The notes: generated by a model not told the origin, from the sequence alone. Shown: positions 25,250 to 38,071, numbered from the stretch's first letter. The stretch is 64,000 nt of DNA from Negaprion brevirostris (GCA_030324005.1 JARDVH010000084.1:92031849-92095848), one strand, 5' to 3'. Numbers and translations: made by a program.

Positions 25250-26760
25250 AGCAGGCCGTTTTGCTGCTCAAACCTGGTCAGGCAGTCAATAAGAATATGA
25301 TTGATCCAAATTCATCACATTCACATTTTCGTCCCTTTCCTGAAATAGTTTGTTATCTTACTGATGAACAACTTATCGACCTGAAACTTAAAACTGCACC
25401 CACAATTCGCTGTGGCAAGGGGTTCAAAAAGTCAACTGTCTGAGAGAAGATACTCCTCATCTCAGTCTTCAATTGATGCCCGTTAATTCTACAACTATGA
25501 TCTCTGTCGCTAGACTCTATAATGAGGGGATAGATTATCNNNNNNNNNNAATCGTGTATGTATCAAATTGATTCCCCCTCATTGTTATTAATTGCAATGA
25601 GCCGATTCACATTCTCCTTCGGACGACTACTGCATCCATGGAACAATGCTCATGAACTTAATCTTAACTGCCTCCAATTAAGTAACGTCATGCCATGAAC
25701 AATGTGAATAAAACTGCTCGCGATACTCCAGATCATTAGCTCCCTTCCTTCAAATCATCAATGTATTCCTAAGAGCTGCAATCTCCACACTGATAGCTGT
25801 GAAAAGACAAGCTTAAACAAAACAGTACGCCCATTCGCTGTTCCCGGCCCGTAACGAAATTCTCTCTCCATCAGAACGCTACTTCGAACAGCATCTTAGA
25901 ATTTAACCATTTCTGATGCATCGTGGCGAATGTATTATGGAAGTCAAAACAGAAGACTTGTGCCACTCCCTCTCTATCCAATCTGATTGAGGTTCCCTAT
26001 ATAAAAAAAAAACTCTAATATGTTAGTCAAACAAGTCTACCCTTTCATGAAACAATGCTGGCATTACTGGCAATCGACGTGATTGTCTATTTCGGCCATA
26101 GTCATTAAAATCATTATTTTGTTTCGTTGCAAGCTAAGCACCACAAAGGCTAGTATGAAGTTAGAACAAGAAACTGAGAAGTATAATCAAATTTTACATT
26201 TGATTGCAGAGGAAACTGAGTACAGTTGTAGGGAGTATATGCTTAATTTGTACAGGCGTATTGTGTACAGTGTTGTCACATTTTAATAAATAATGTTGCA
26301 AGTGCATTGGGATCCGTTCAGATAATTCTTATTAGACTAATAGCTGCAACGTTTCGTTGTCTTAGGAGGACTCGTTTGCGCTCTCAAGCTTGTGTTGCAT
26401 AATTGTTTATTGACATGGCTAGGATTCTGCACATCATAGGATTGGGTGCATGAGAAAAATGATTTATTTCTTTGGATAATATAGCACGAGGGCGTCACTG
26501 AATCAAATTGAGAGTTCTCTCATTTTACGGAGCGAAGATCTATTTTATTTTCCCTTGGAATGTAAAGAGTCTTTGGAACTCCGTTCCTCGAAAACCGACA
26601 GAAACCCGTTATTTATTTTCAGGGCAGAGGATGATACCTTTCACTATAATGACGGAGAAATGATGTCGGGTATGCGGAAGATTGCAGGGAGATCAGACCC
26701 TACATAGCTGGAGAGCGGAGCATGGTCGAAACGTCAAGTCTCAGAGATCTCTTCTTAGTT
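25250..26760. mobile_element. Old CR1 3' fragments (minus ~25250-25740, plus ~26140-26760)
   Basis: Degenerate similarity to the CR1 C-terminus, e.g. LIAEETEYSCREYMLNLYR. Confidence 0.5.
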
Positions 26761-27027
26761 TGGACGTCCGTGTATAAATGAGACATTGTTCACTGCTCTT
26801 GGAGGGAATGACACTGCGCTTTTGCTTCACTAATAAATAATGCAGTTTCAATGATATGAAATCGACTGGATGCGCCCGTTTCCTTTGTACATGTTGGTGG
26901 ATTGCGCCAGGTGGATAAGCCGTGAAAACCTAAAATCTTTTGATTGAAGAAAATAAGGTTTGCATTCCAATAAAAAAAAACATACCTGAGAGTTTGGAAA
27001 ACTGATTCGTTCTGCACACCTACTCAC

Positions 27028-27054
27028 CTTCTCTTTTGCTATTCTGATCATGAT
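27028..27054 (-). CDS. Microexon, type B (27 nt, phase 1-1): NHDQNSKRE
   Basis: catgttttgtag|ATCATGATCAGAATAGCAAAAGAGAAG|gtgagt; 125-nt intron from the 27180 exon. Confidence 0.75.
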
Positions 27055-27179
27055 CTACAAAACATGGTAACCGTTGAATAATTCAGATAATTTAATTGAT
27101 GTCATTTTTCCCACTCATCGGAATCGCATAACTGTAATTAAAAGAAGAAGTGGATTTAGTTCGTGCGCACTGAGCTCAC

Positions 27180-27206
27180 TTTTTTGTTTCAGCTGTTGAT
27201 TCAGTT
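27180..27206 (-). CDS. Microexon, type A (27 nt, phase 1-1): ELNQQLKQK
   Basis: ttttattataacag|AACTGAATCAACAGCTGAAACAAAAAA|gtgagc. Confidence 0.75.
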
Positions 27207-27949
27207 CTGTTATAATAAAACAGAATAATTGATTGCTTTTAGAGTGACGATCATTCTATCAGATCAACTATTTATATGTTACTTAGTTTGGCACCTGGTC
27301 TTCAATGCAAAGACAAAGTCCATTATTTTTTTCTAATAATAATCTACTATAGCCTAATATTTTAGGAAGGAAGCCGAGTCTTCCAGCCACTCACGAATGT
27401 TCCGCTTTGATATGCGTGCCAAGTACGTATCAGGGACAAAACCCGCATCTTGTGGTGGACAAAATCGCGAGTTTGTCCTTCTGCACAAGAGATGGAGGAC
27501 GTACTCAAACATAGCCGTCCACTCCAGTTCGAAAAGGTTCCTGCATTCAGAGATGAAAGTTGAAACCTTAGACTGTTCTTGCCTTTTGAGCGAATTATGT
27601 AGTGCTGCTGAGTTATTTATTTTCCTGTTTATGGCCCGTGAACTATTGATTGAATGTAATCGGCACGATCAGATTCTTTCATTTGAGGTACACTATTCAT
27701 TGTAGATGATCAATATGTGAACCAGCAACACACAATTGTTTTGGGACGTGAATAGTGCACATTTCTTTTTGAAGCGTTCATTTTTTTTTTTAAACCAGGT
27801 ATGCCAGCTACCTGAAAGAATGCCACAGCATCATCTTGTGAGATTGGGTGACATCGCATCTCCTGATATTACGCGCCCCTCTCTGGTGAGGTAGCAATGT
27901 TTATATCACAGAGGAATACATACATTCATAATTGTGTATATTTTCTAAA

Positions 27950-28250
27950 GCCCACGCCACATGACTCCACCCTTAAAAGCTCGCCGACGTGACGTCACTG
28001 ACAATCATGCAATGCCTCAGTGAGAGTGTGAACGTTTGCGAATCTTTGACAATCAAATGGCCAATCCATCTCTGCGCCCAATTGACGGACGGCTATTCCA
28101 GTTATGCGTGTTCTAAGCGAAGGAGGGAGGAATCCAAGGCCTTTGAACGGCGGAAATTAGCAATGACAGAAACATCGTGAGTGGGCAAAATAACAGTGAG
28201 GTGGGGAGCGGGAAGTGGCCTGAGAGCGTGTAATGCTTTCTTGGGGTTGT
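27950..28250 (+). promoter_or_regulatory. Promoter-like element
   Basis: Perfect CRE palindrome GTGACGTCAC at 27989-27998, CCAAT at 28061 and 28078, CGGAAAT/GGAAGT ETS-like motifs, raised CpG, then ATG at 28163 and donor gtgagt at 28177. Confidence 0.45.
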
Positions 28251-28544
28251 GGNNNNNNNNNNNNNNNNNNNNNNNNNNNNNNNNNNNNNNNNNNNNNNNN
28301 NNNNNNNNNNNNNNNNNNNNNNNNNNNNNNNNNNNNNNNNNNNNNNNNNNNNNNNNNNNNNNNNNNNNNNNNNNNNNNNNNNNNNNNNNNNNNNNNNNNN
28401 NNNNNNNNNNNNNNNNNNNNNNNNNNNNNNNNNNNNNNNNNNNNNNNNNNNNNNNNNNNNTAAAACACGATAGTGCAACTGGAGGGAAACATCTTTGTTT
28501 TAGTCAGAACCTGAAGCTCGCTCTATTGATTTTTAATAGCACAC

Positions 28545-28800
28545 TTGTTAGCAGTACTGCTTTACAGTGCTAAGAGCCCGAGTTCGACTCCCTGCATGGG
28601 CCAATGTCTGTGCTGTGTCCACACCTTTTCCTCGTGTCTGCGTGGCTTTCTTCCGGTTGCCCAAAGGTGAGGTGCAGTGGCCATGCTAAATTCTTCCTCA
28701 GTGTACTCAAACAGTCGCCAGAGTGTAGGCACCTGAGGGTTTTCACTACAATTTAATTGTGCTGGTAACATAAGCGTACTTGTGACACCAATAAATAACC
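28545..28800 (+). mobile_element. tRNA-derived V-SINE-like SINE
   Basis: gttagc...gagttcgactccc B box, gtgtctgcgtgg core, tail ending aataaataa. Confidence 0.75.
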
Positions 28801-29059
28801 ATCTACCACGAATCCGAGTCCGCAAGGACCGACCAACGGAATTATTCATTTAGCTTGGGCGGTAATTTCCGCTGTCGCTCAAGCTGGGCCATAAAATCGC
28901 TCAAAAGAAGTGGAACATGCCCACTATGAAGCACAGGACGCAAACTCGAGATTTTCGGAGTGAATCCATTTTGTAACGGGATATAGCGAGTATTTATCTA
29001 TTGAAGTGTGTTTAAAAAATAATAGTTTTACTCAAATGGTGTACAGATGTATCAGGCAA

Positions 29060-29275
29060 GAATTAGTTTCTGATTCCCGCACGTATGCTGGCCAATAGAA
29101 CTAGCCAGTACCTGTTTCGGACTGGGGGAGCAAACCAGATCACCTTGAGGAAATTCACGCGGACACGGGAGAACGTGCAAATTTCACGCAGACAATGGCC
29201 CAAGGCAGGAATCGAATCCAGGTCCTTGGAGCTGTGATGCAGCAGTGCTAACCACTGTGCCAACGTGCCACCCCT
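29060..29275 (-). mobile_element. tRNA-derived SINE, HE1/V-SINE-like
   Basis: Reverse complement reads GGTGGCACGTTGGCACAGTGGTTAGCACTGCTGC...GGATTCGATTCC. Confidence 0.85.
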
Positions 29276-29289
29276 AATTAAGAACATTG

Positions 29290-29692
29290 CTTGATATGCG
29301 AGGAAACCAGTGTACTTGCCTACTGATGATTTTCAGTCATCCAGTGACAGACCTCCGATCAAATCTTCCTCAACTTCATTTATACGTGAACAAAAGTCGG
29401 AAGCAAAACATCTGTGGATAGATTAAACCTAGTTCGGACGACTGAAGTCATAGACTTTCGATTAAATGATTTACGAATCGTGTTTTTAAATGCCATCTTT
29501 TCAATACGATTAACGTCGAAAAGAAGTTCAAAGTATTCTCCGAACTTTGCCTGATTTCGTCATAGCTGCTTTGTTTTCTAATTTCCTTCACCTTTATATG
29601 TAGTCGAGGAAGAATTTGATCGGACGTTCGTCATTCATTCACAAAACAAAATCATCAGTTTGCAATTGCATTGGTTTCCTCGCATAGCAATC
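29290..29692. mobile_element. ~400-bp foldback (palindromic) element, MITE-like
   Basis: tatgcgaggaaacca/tggtttcctcgcata, actgatgatttt/aaaatcatcagt, tccgatcaaat/atttgatcgga and agttcgga/tccgaact pair up in nested order. Confidence 0.85.
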
Positions 29693-29999
29693 AACATCCC
29701 AAAGCATAATACTGACTGATTGAAGGAACAAATCTCACCTTTCCTGTTTGAAATGGACAGAAATTGAAGATGCGTAGTTTTTGACCGAATTCTGCTTGTT
29801 ACAGAACAGAATCCAGAGCCAGAATCGGAATGTAATTGGGAACAGAAACAGAAGGCGCAGCAAAAATGTCTCCATGTGCTTAAAGAACTGTGTAATTGTT
29901 TTTTTTTCCAGAAGTAAACAAATAAATTGCAAATTACTCAATTGTTCGGGGCATTGAGGTTCAATGGATATGCTCTCTAGCCACAATAGGCAAGTTCAG

Positions 30000-30590
30000 T
30001 GGTAAACTAGACATTCTAATATATCATTGTCACTTATTGGGAAGGCAAATACATATAAACAAAGGATAGTTGTTTTACAAGTGTACAGGACGCTAGTGAG
30101 TCAAAATCAGCACCAATGTTTACAGTGTTAGCCAAAGTATTTGAAACAGAACGTAAATATGTTAAAACAGTTCAGAAGAAGGTATCACAGGTTTACACCT
30201 GGAATGGGCGTGTTGTCTTTTTAAATGACGTGGCGTTTAGAAGACAAATAGTCCACTTAATCGAAACGGAAGCTGCTCTCTAAAGTGTTGAATGTGCATT
30301 TGAGGTTGTTTCAGAAGCAACTACAAATGATGGGCCAATGCATCAACTTGAAGGATCGTCCATTTTATGCAAAGTGATCAGATTTAGTTTCTCACAGAGC
30401 AGTTAGGTATTTGTAACTCACTTCCTGAAATGCACATACAGACATTTTCATTGGACGTTTTGAAAACAATAAATAAGGTGTTGAAATGACACCCCATGTA
30501 GTCGAAAGTGTCTGGCTAGATCAGCCATGATCTTACAGAATGGTGCGTGACCGAAAGGTCAAGTAATATTGTCCTTTTAATTTGCACGTT
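30000..30590 (+). mobile_element. Old CR1 3' fragment
   Basis: Degenerate RT C-terminus and agatcagccatgatc 3' UTR motif. Confidence 0.55.
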
Positions 30591-30842
30591 CATAATTAAA
30601 TTAAGTGCAAATGGTTAGGGAATTATACTAAGCTGTTTTGAAAATAGTGCAGACCTTTTTGCCTTGAAACTGGACGACCTCTGATGTTTCTTCTAGGTTG
30701 ATGAATGGCACTATGAGGGTCAGTAGTGAAATTGTAAAATGTCATGGTCCGAACAGCATTGAAAATGTGCAATTGATTTTTGTTTGAAGAATAAAAACCC
30801 ATGCGCGTTTTACTGACTGATTTGGTCTTCAGCGTTACGCAC

Positions 30843-30869
30843 CGTCGTGTATCTTGCGTTCGGTCTTCT
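30843..30869 (-). CDS. Microexon, type B (27 nt, phase 1-1): EKTERKIHD
   Basis: ttttttgttttacag|AGAAGACCGAACGCAAGATACACGACG|gtgcgt; 136-nt intron from the 31006 exon. Confidence 0.75.
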
Positions 30870-31005
30870 CTGTAAAACAAAAAAAAGTTGAATATTTCAA
30901 AATGTCGCTGTCATCTGTACTTTCCGAAAACTGTTATCAGAATTTCAGAATTTTGAATGAAATACCAGATAAGCAACCTGAATATTATCTCATTAAGGAG
31001 CTTAC

Positions 31006-31035
31006 CATCCTCTTTGAGCTTTCGAAGATGCTCTG
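31006..31035 (-). CDS. Microexon, type A (30 or 27 nt via a NAGNAG acceptor): (A)EHLRKLKED
   Basis: ggctttcag|CAG|AGCATCTTCGAAAGCTCAAAGAGGATG|gtaagc. Confidence 0.75.
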
Positions 31036-32984
31036 CTGAAAGCCGATATTTATCGATTGAAGGATTGCTCTGACTCTGATGCAGATATAACATTCATATA
31101 AAAAAAACCTCCTATTTACACTTGATTTATATTTTCCACAATGTCCAGTTTGAATGCAATAAGAATGTGAGCTAAAGGAAATTCCCACACTAATGTTTTA
31201 GAAATGTATCCCATTGTGGTGGTCATATACGTTGGACATTTGGAAATCACGAGTTTAAGCATGACTAAGTTCACAGTTTTAAGTTTGAAGGATTTTAAAA
31301 TTTGTTCTTAAGTTCGTTCTGCTGAATTTGATGGATTTCTTCATTACAAAAACTAAACAGGTATTGGATAGCAGTCAGATTTGTTCATTATAAGATAATT
31401 TAAGAATACGTGATTTATTGAGAAATATACTAAAGAGGTTAGAAATGTAAGTTGACACTATTATAAATTTGCAATTAAACATATTATAATATTTGTTTAT
31501 TAATACATACAATTAAGTTACTTTGCGAAAAAGATATATTTCTCAGGCTACAGGACAACAAAATAACACGAGGGTGATCCTTGACTAGGAGAAATACACA
31601 ATAGCCCTATGTTTAGGCAGTGGGCTAATTCTCCCTACATTATTGAAATGCTATAAACAATTGGCTAATTACAACAATTGGCTGAGGTGGGTTTTCAATA
31701 TTCTAAGGCAACAAAACAACAGTGTTCGAGCAGCCATGTTTCGAGAAGATGAGCAGATTCAGAAAGTCAATGAAAGGCAAAAAAAATGTCGAGAAATGTG
31801 TGCAGGGAGATACACAGAGGAAATGCGACTGGTAAGGAGCAGACCACGATATTCATGAGAAGTAAAGGCAGATGAAGAAGCCTTGTGACACGAAAATGAT
31901 GTATTGAGTGTTGTCTTTGAGATCCTTTGATGGCGATGTGGACTGAGCAGTGCATGCACTGTGAAGACTGCTCAACTATTGCAGTTCAAACTACTCGTCT
32001 GTCAATATTCCCTTTTAATTGCTATTAATTGCCACTTTGCTTTTTAACTTTCTGACTTTCTACCTTTGCAATTGTCAATCCTTTTTCTGCAATCCTGGAC
32101 TAAAATTGTTTTTCTTGCCAACTGATTAATTCTCTAGAACCTGTGGGGATTTTCATAGTAACTTTATTGCAGTATGAATGTACGCCTATTTGTGTCTAAT
32201 AAAGAGACTTTCAGTCAGATTTGGATGTTTTATCATAAATAAGTGAACTTATGAATCTTTGTCAGGAAAAAAGGTAAAGAATGAAGCGCATTTCCCTATT
32301 TGTTAAAGGCGATATGTCTATCAAGTTTGCATCAAAGACAACAAAATTACCTTGTAGTCTGAGGCTGCGGGTGCAAGCTGAGCTCCAAAGGATTGACTCA
32401 CCAATGAGAAATACTTCTAGTCTTGGGCAGGTGCTGCATTAAGAGTTAAAATGACAAACCTTGGGCCGCCCTTCCATTTCAAATGGCCCCAATGCATCAT
32501 TGCTAAGCTCAAGTGTGTTTCTCACAATCAAGTGACCGAAAAGGGTTAGATCGCAGATTACATTCATATTGTGGCACACTCATATAGCACATGCATGATG
32601 ACGACCAGTTGCTATGGGTTTTGAACATTGTTGTATAAAGTTTTTCTTTCCCCCTTTATGATTTGTTTCCTGTTTTCCCAGTTGTGCAATCTCTCTGTGC
32701 TATGTTATAATCTTCATTCCAATCTTGAAACCTGCCAATGTCGGTGCACAGAAAGAAAAGAAATGTGGTGGGAAGTTTACTATTTGAATTCAGCACCGTT
32801 GTACCCAATGAAATGTGTTTGCAGGAACGACGAAAGGTTCACAATATGGTTTGGAAATACTCAGTCCGAACTTAGAGCATTACAGGGTATGTTCCTGATA
32901 TAAACTAAGTTTTAGCTAATAATGTGAAATTTTGCATGTTCATTTGACGGATGTAAGGTGCAACATGGCCAAGGGTATTTTAGA

Positions 32985-33245
32985 TCAAAGAAATAAATGT
33001 CGGGTGTTGGAATCTGAAACAAAAAAAAACAGAACATTCTAGCCTCACGGCATCTGTGGAAAGGAATTAGAACCAACATTTCGGGTCTTCATGATCTTTT
33101 CTCAGAACAGTTTGATGCACGGTCATCGAGCCTTGAGACGCTGGTTCTCTTCTACCGCCAGAAATGCTGTCAGACCTGCTGACCTTTACAAGAAAGCAGT
33201 TTTTAATGTCCATTCGGGTATTTGTTTTCCAGCTGATATCTGCAA
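32985..33245. repeat. Imperfectly palindromic interspersed repeat common in shark genomes (possibly Penelope-derived); related copies near 2140-2450 and 38340-38570
   Basis: ggaatctgaaac...gcatctgtgga...acatttcgggtc on the left versus gagacgctggttct...gaaatgctgtcagacctgctga on the right. Confidence 0.55.
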
Positions 33246-33907
33246 TTGCAATACTAACGACAGGAAAAGTTATTCTTTTGCGATGGCAATTAGTACTTTT
33301 AGACCATAATTGGGAAATTGCCTCCGCAAGTGAACGATGAAACAAGGTGGACACAAATTGGTTGAACAACATTTTTTTCTTTCTTCGATCTTGGACGTGA
33401 GTTACACCCGTCCCCGTCTTTGAAGGCTGTGGCAAAACATTCAGGCCGACAATGGTGACAGCAACCGATTGTTTTCGAACTAAGCATTCGCAGGAATACG
33501 GATGACAATTTAATTACAACAATACAGCTTATGCCAAGAAGAGAAGGAAGTGGTCAGCAAATGCAAATAATTTGTGATGCATCCCAATCATAACCAACAA
33601 CCTTCAAAATCAGATGTCAACAATTCAGTAAGAGTCCCTTTATTTTGCTTATGGCCTTTCGCTACAGACGCACAACCTTTAGTAATTGTCTTTGCACTGC
33701 ATATATTTGGATTATGATTATGATTCATTTTCTATTCCTGATTTATTTCATTATGCATTTCAACAAGTGTACAATTTAGACATGTGTTGGTATGACAAAC
33801 TGGTTGAATACTCCACCACCACACTTCATTGCCGACGACTGTGAAATTGTGATTTTGCATTTTCAATTTGTATCAGAAATAGGAACAGTTTGCTAATGTT
33901 TCCTCAC

Positions 33908-33943
33908 CAGTATTTTTGAGTTCTTTAGACAAATTTAGAAGGT
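33908..33943 (-). CDS. Microexon, 36-nt type (phase 1-1): DLLNLSKELKNT
   Basis: ttattattttcag|ACCTTCTAAATTTGTCTAAAGAACTCAAAAATACTG|gtgagg; paralogous to 39853-39888 with mostly synonymous differences. Confidence 0.88.
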
Positions 33944-35979
33944 CTGAAAATAATAACAAGGTTGTGCTCAATTCGAAGAATTTGTATTAAATGACGCAAG
34001 ACAGGGAATGTTAACTTTGGAATTTTGTATAAGGAATGGGACCCATTCTTGATCTGCATTTTCGATGGTTTGCAACTTCTTTGCTCACTGAGCGAATTAA
34101 TTCAAAGATCAGATCTAAACCATAATAAGGTGGTTTTGCAAAACTTTAAGGGTATATATATATTTTTTTAAGTAAATGACGATAAACAAAGTTGCATGTT
34201 AGGGCCCGACTGGAAGTACTGAAATTGTGCAAACGTAAATAAGACCGACTACGAATACAAAATACGCTTCAGCATCATATTGACTATTTTATTTTCTAAC
34301 CACGTGGGAACTCATTAGTTTGAACGCTAGCTTTCAATTAGGGACAGTAGAAGGAAGCCATATTGAATGTATTAAATTATCCAAGATTGCATACAATTAA
34401 TTAAGAAAAAAAAGATTGAAAGCATACATTTGGCTTTACAATAAACTTTGATTTTCAGTCCAATAATGCTGCATTCGAAAACCTTTTGTCTTATCCCAAT
34501 AGTGTAATAATGTAGTTGGCTATTATTAATTTCAGCTGATCATTGCTGCATGCAGGAGTTGTACAATTTCAGGACAGATTATCACATACGGACCTGGGAC
34601 AGTTCCATCGGATTTTTGCCTGCCTCCAAAGTATAGGCCGTTTTTTCAAAGTCTTCTCCTTTACTTTATTGACAGTGAAGTAATGTATCTCTTGGTATAG
34701 GTTTCCAGTCTGGTAACAAGAAACCATTCGGAACAAAGATAGCAAATGACTTTCAAATGACATATAAATATTACTCTGCATGCAGGAGTTGAAAATCAGT
34801 ATTGCGACGGCAGCAAATTATGGAGATGGAAACTATTTATAGTTGCAAAAGTGTTAATGTTGTTTAACCAATCAGGGGTTTTCACTTTCCAAATTAATTC
34901 ACAGAACAACTCAATAGCTTGGGCCTAATCATGAGAAAACGAGCACGTGGGTTGATTCATATCAGTGAATTCACATCCTCAGTCGGGCATTCATATTTAG
35001 AATCCGTGCATCAGTAACCATGATTGCCAACAAGAAGTAATAAGCTACTTTCCATGGACTGTAATGTGGCTCTTTCAACGTACGAAACAATTGCAGGGAA
35101 AATAATTTGCGCCACAATACTCAAGACTTCGAGTGGTATATTTTGACACATTTTTTTGGTGCACCCACTTCATAGAGGTTAATTAAAAGAGGAACAGATC
35201 GATGTTCTCAGCTGATCTCGCATGCATCTGAATGCTATGAATAATATTTTTATGACAAGTAAACCAGTTAAAGTGTTCACTGTCTCTCTGAAGTTGAATT
35301 CGTTTGTTCTCAACGATCAGTTGAATAACATTTTGCAGAAATTTACATTTATTGCTAAACAGACACTTGTTCTAATTAATAGGGGTGAAAATCCAGCTTT
35401 TGGTGGGTCAGTAGGACAGTAATCATTTTTTCGATACCGATCTTTTTTTTGAATCAAGATGCATGCATGACGCCTAAGAAGAAAATATATGAAAGGTTTT
35501 ACCAGTCTTGTTTTCAAGTGTCGTTTTTTCTACATATAAAAGACAAAATTGTTTCAACGTGCCATCCGATCAATATATCTATTATCAAAAAAAAAACACA
35601 GACAGTATATTTGAGACGAGCTTCGGTCTTTTTTTTCCCCCCTGAATATCTGATCATTGCCCGTTTACAAAACTATCAGTTTCTTTGCACGTCAGTGAAA
35701 GAACACCGCACCATCCCCACTCCACACCATTTCTCCCACCCCCCCCCCACTACCCCCCACTTCCCTTGCCCACCCCTCCAAAAAACCCACACAGAAATTC
35801 CAAAGAAATGTTTTATTGCCCACTTTGGAAAACAATTAACGTCTAAATACCAGCTTTTGACTGAAGTGCACGCAAATTACATTTAAAGAAACTAATGTAT
35901 GAAGAAAATCGCAACACAATTGGAAAAAGGAAGAGGGGAAACAGTAAATATTTGCATATCTGGATCTCTCACTTATTCA

Positions 35980-36790
35980 CTTCAGAAGATACATGTGAGG
36001 TTATTCACTTTGCAAACATGAACCAGAAGGGAGATTGCTACATAAGTAACTGTAACAGGGGAGAGGGAAGTGTTCAGCGGGACCAGGGAGTCCTTGTGCA
36101 CCAGTTGCTGAAGATCAGCACTCAGTAAATAAGGCAGCTGCATGTTGGCCTTCATTGCGAGAGATTTCTAGTACAACTGCAAGAAAGTGCTGCTGCATTT
36201 CTATAGGGCTTTGTGAGGCCACACCGCGGATATGGTTTGCAGTTTTGTTCTCCCTTTTTTAGGAATGATGTTGTTACACTCGAAGAAGTACAGCAAACGT
36301 TTCGTTATCTGATTCGCGGGATGGTGGGACTGATGTATGAAAACAGATTGACTAGGTTGGAATTGTTTTCACTGGGGTTCATACAAACCTGGGGGATTGC
36401 GTAGAGACTCATACAATTTTAACTTGACTAGGCGTGTAGATGCAGGAAGGGTATTCCTGATGGTAGGGGAGTCTAGAACCAGGGGTCGTAGTCTTAGGAT
36501 TCGGGGTAGACTATTTAGGACGGAGATGAGGAGACATTTCTTCACCCAAAGTGTGGTGATCCTGTGGAATTCGTTTCCACAGGAAGTAATTAATTCTAAA
36601 ACATTGAATGTATTCACGAGGTGGCTGGATATAACACTTGGCGCGAATAGCTTCAACGTTTCTGGGGAGAAAGCAGGATTAGACGTTTGATTTGGACGAT
36701 CACCATGATCGTAATGAATAGCGGAGCAGACTCGTAGGGCCAAGTAACCTTTTCCATCTCCTCCTATCGCTTTTGTTTCTATATTTCTAT
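35980..36790 (+). mobile_element. CR1 LINE 3' part
   Basis: RPHRGYGLQFCSPF and RVDAGRVFLMVGESRTRGRSLRIRGRLFRTEMRRHFFTQSVVILWNSFPQEV, followed by the 3' UTR. Confidence 0.9.
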
Positions 36791-36959
36791 CATAAATAAG
36801 CTTCATGTAACAAATCGTGTTTTGCATAGAAAAGAAGGTCATCGCATGGGGTGTGCTCAAATCTAAAACGTAAGGCTAGACCGGAGTAAGTAAAGGTTAA
36901 GAGAGGTGGAAATCACGGTACAAATTGATGCGCTATTGAAAGTATGTAAACGCATATTT

Positions 36960-37640
36960 TGAGCAAAAATAATCTAAAATGAGAAACATTTGAAAGCTGT
37001 GGATTCAGATAGGCATGTTCATCCGTGTGCACATCTCTAAAAAGAAACTTCGTACAAAGAGAGAACGGTTAACTTGGACTGTTAATGGTCAACATTTTTT
37101 GGCCAGTTTGTGCAGGAAATTCGTCCGAAAATCCTTGGAATAGTGTGTACGACGTTAGTCTCTTCAATGGGGTAAAAGCAATTCAAAGCACGAATAACAG
37201 GACAACGTCTGGTACGGATGGCTTCTCTTTTGAATCAGTGATGGAGCTTTCATGAGAAGCATGCAACTTGATTGAGAGAGATAATAGCAGGCGCAAGTCT
37301 GACACAACAGGGATGGAAAGGATATTTAATCCTTTGGGGAAAACTAGAACTAGGATTTTAATATTTAAAATGAAGGGTTCGGGATTCTACACAGCGACAA
37401 GAAGGTTTTGAGTCTCTCAGGTGGCATTGGACCTGTGGAGCTCCCTGTCTCAAATGCGTTTTAGCTAGTTCGTACTCTCGGTTTCAGGATATATGCAGAT
37501 AGATTCTCAATACATATGTTGCGAAATGATATCAGGGCAGACGGGATATTATTATCAAATCAATCATGGTTTCACTGAAATGCGGAGCCAGCACAAAAGT
37601 CCAAGTGGCCTCCTGTTGTTTCTGATTAGTATGTCTATAC
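36960..37640 (+). mobile_element. Old CR1 3' fragment
   Basis: Degenerate match to the adjacent copy, ending gtggcctcctgttgtttctg. Confidence 0.55.
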
Positions 37641-37891
37641 TAAATGTTGTTGAAAAGGTTGTCGAAGCAGGAAATAATACCGAGCTCGTTCAATGATGTT
37701 CCATTACATGTTGAAGACGACTATTAGAAATGTGACGTTCTTTCAGAACAATGGATTCCAATGTGAGGTACAGTGCTCAAACTGTAAAATTTCACTCGCT
37801 TATCGAAAAAAAAGTAACTAATTTAGTCCGATGAAGAAAAACAAGCATATTTTGCTTTTTCCAAAATGAGCCGTTTTCCGCCGTTACTGAC

Positions 37892-37918
37892 CGTCGATTC
37901 TCTTGTGCTCTTCAAGCT
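37892..37918 (-). CDS. Microexon, type B (27 nt, phase 1-1): ELEEHKRID
   Basis: tatgtatacatag|AGCTTGAAGAGCACAAGAGAATCGACG|gtcagt; 126-nt intron from the 38045 exon. Confidence 0.78.
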
Positions 37919-38044
37919 CTATGTATACATAATATTGTGATATAAGTGCAACTGTGGCTCTGTTTACACATTGTTTTCTCAAAAACACATATATAACTTG
38001 CATAAATATCATAAATCCGTGCTGTTTTTTTTTTATGAGCTTAC

Positions 38045-38071
38045 CCCTGTCTTTCTGCTGAAGCCGCTGTT
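38045..38071 (-). CDS. Microexon, type A (27 nt, phase 1-1): EQRLQQKDR
   Basis: tatccataacag|AACAGCGGCTTCAGCAGAAAGACAGGG|gtaagc. Confidence 0.8.

Noticed and set aside
28545-29275. tRNA-like A/B boxes as tRNA genes
   Set aside because: They are SINE heads followed by V-SINE cores, with no complete cloverleaf.
29735-29986. Hydrophobic minus-strand stretch (FLLRLLFLFPITFRFWLWILFC) as a possible transmembrane exon
   Set aside because: It is interrupted by Arg and Pro, and its frame is incompatible with the phase-1 microexons; kept only as a remote possibility.
32351-32377. 27-nt exon candidate (CTRSLRLQ)
   Set aside because: Poor polypyrimidine tract and no resemblance to cassette exons; illustrates the chance background for such calls.
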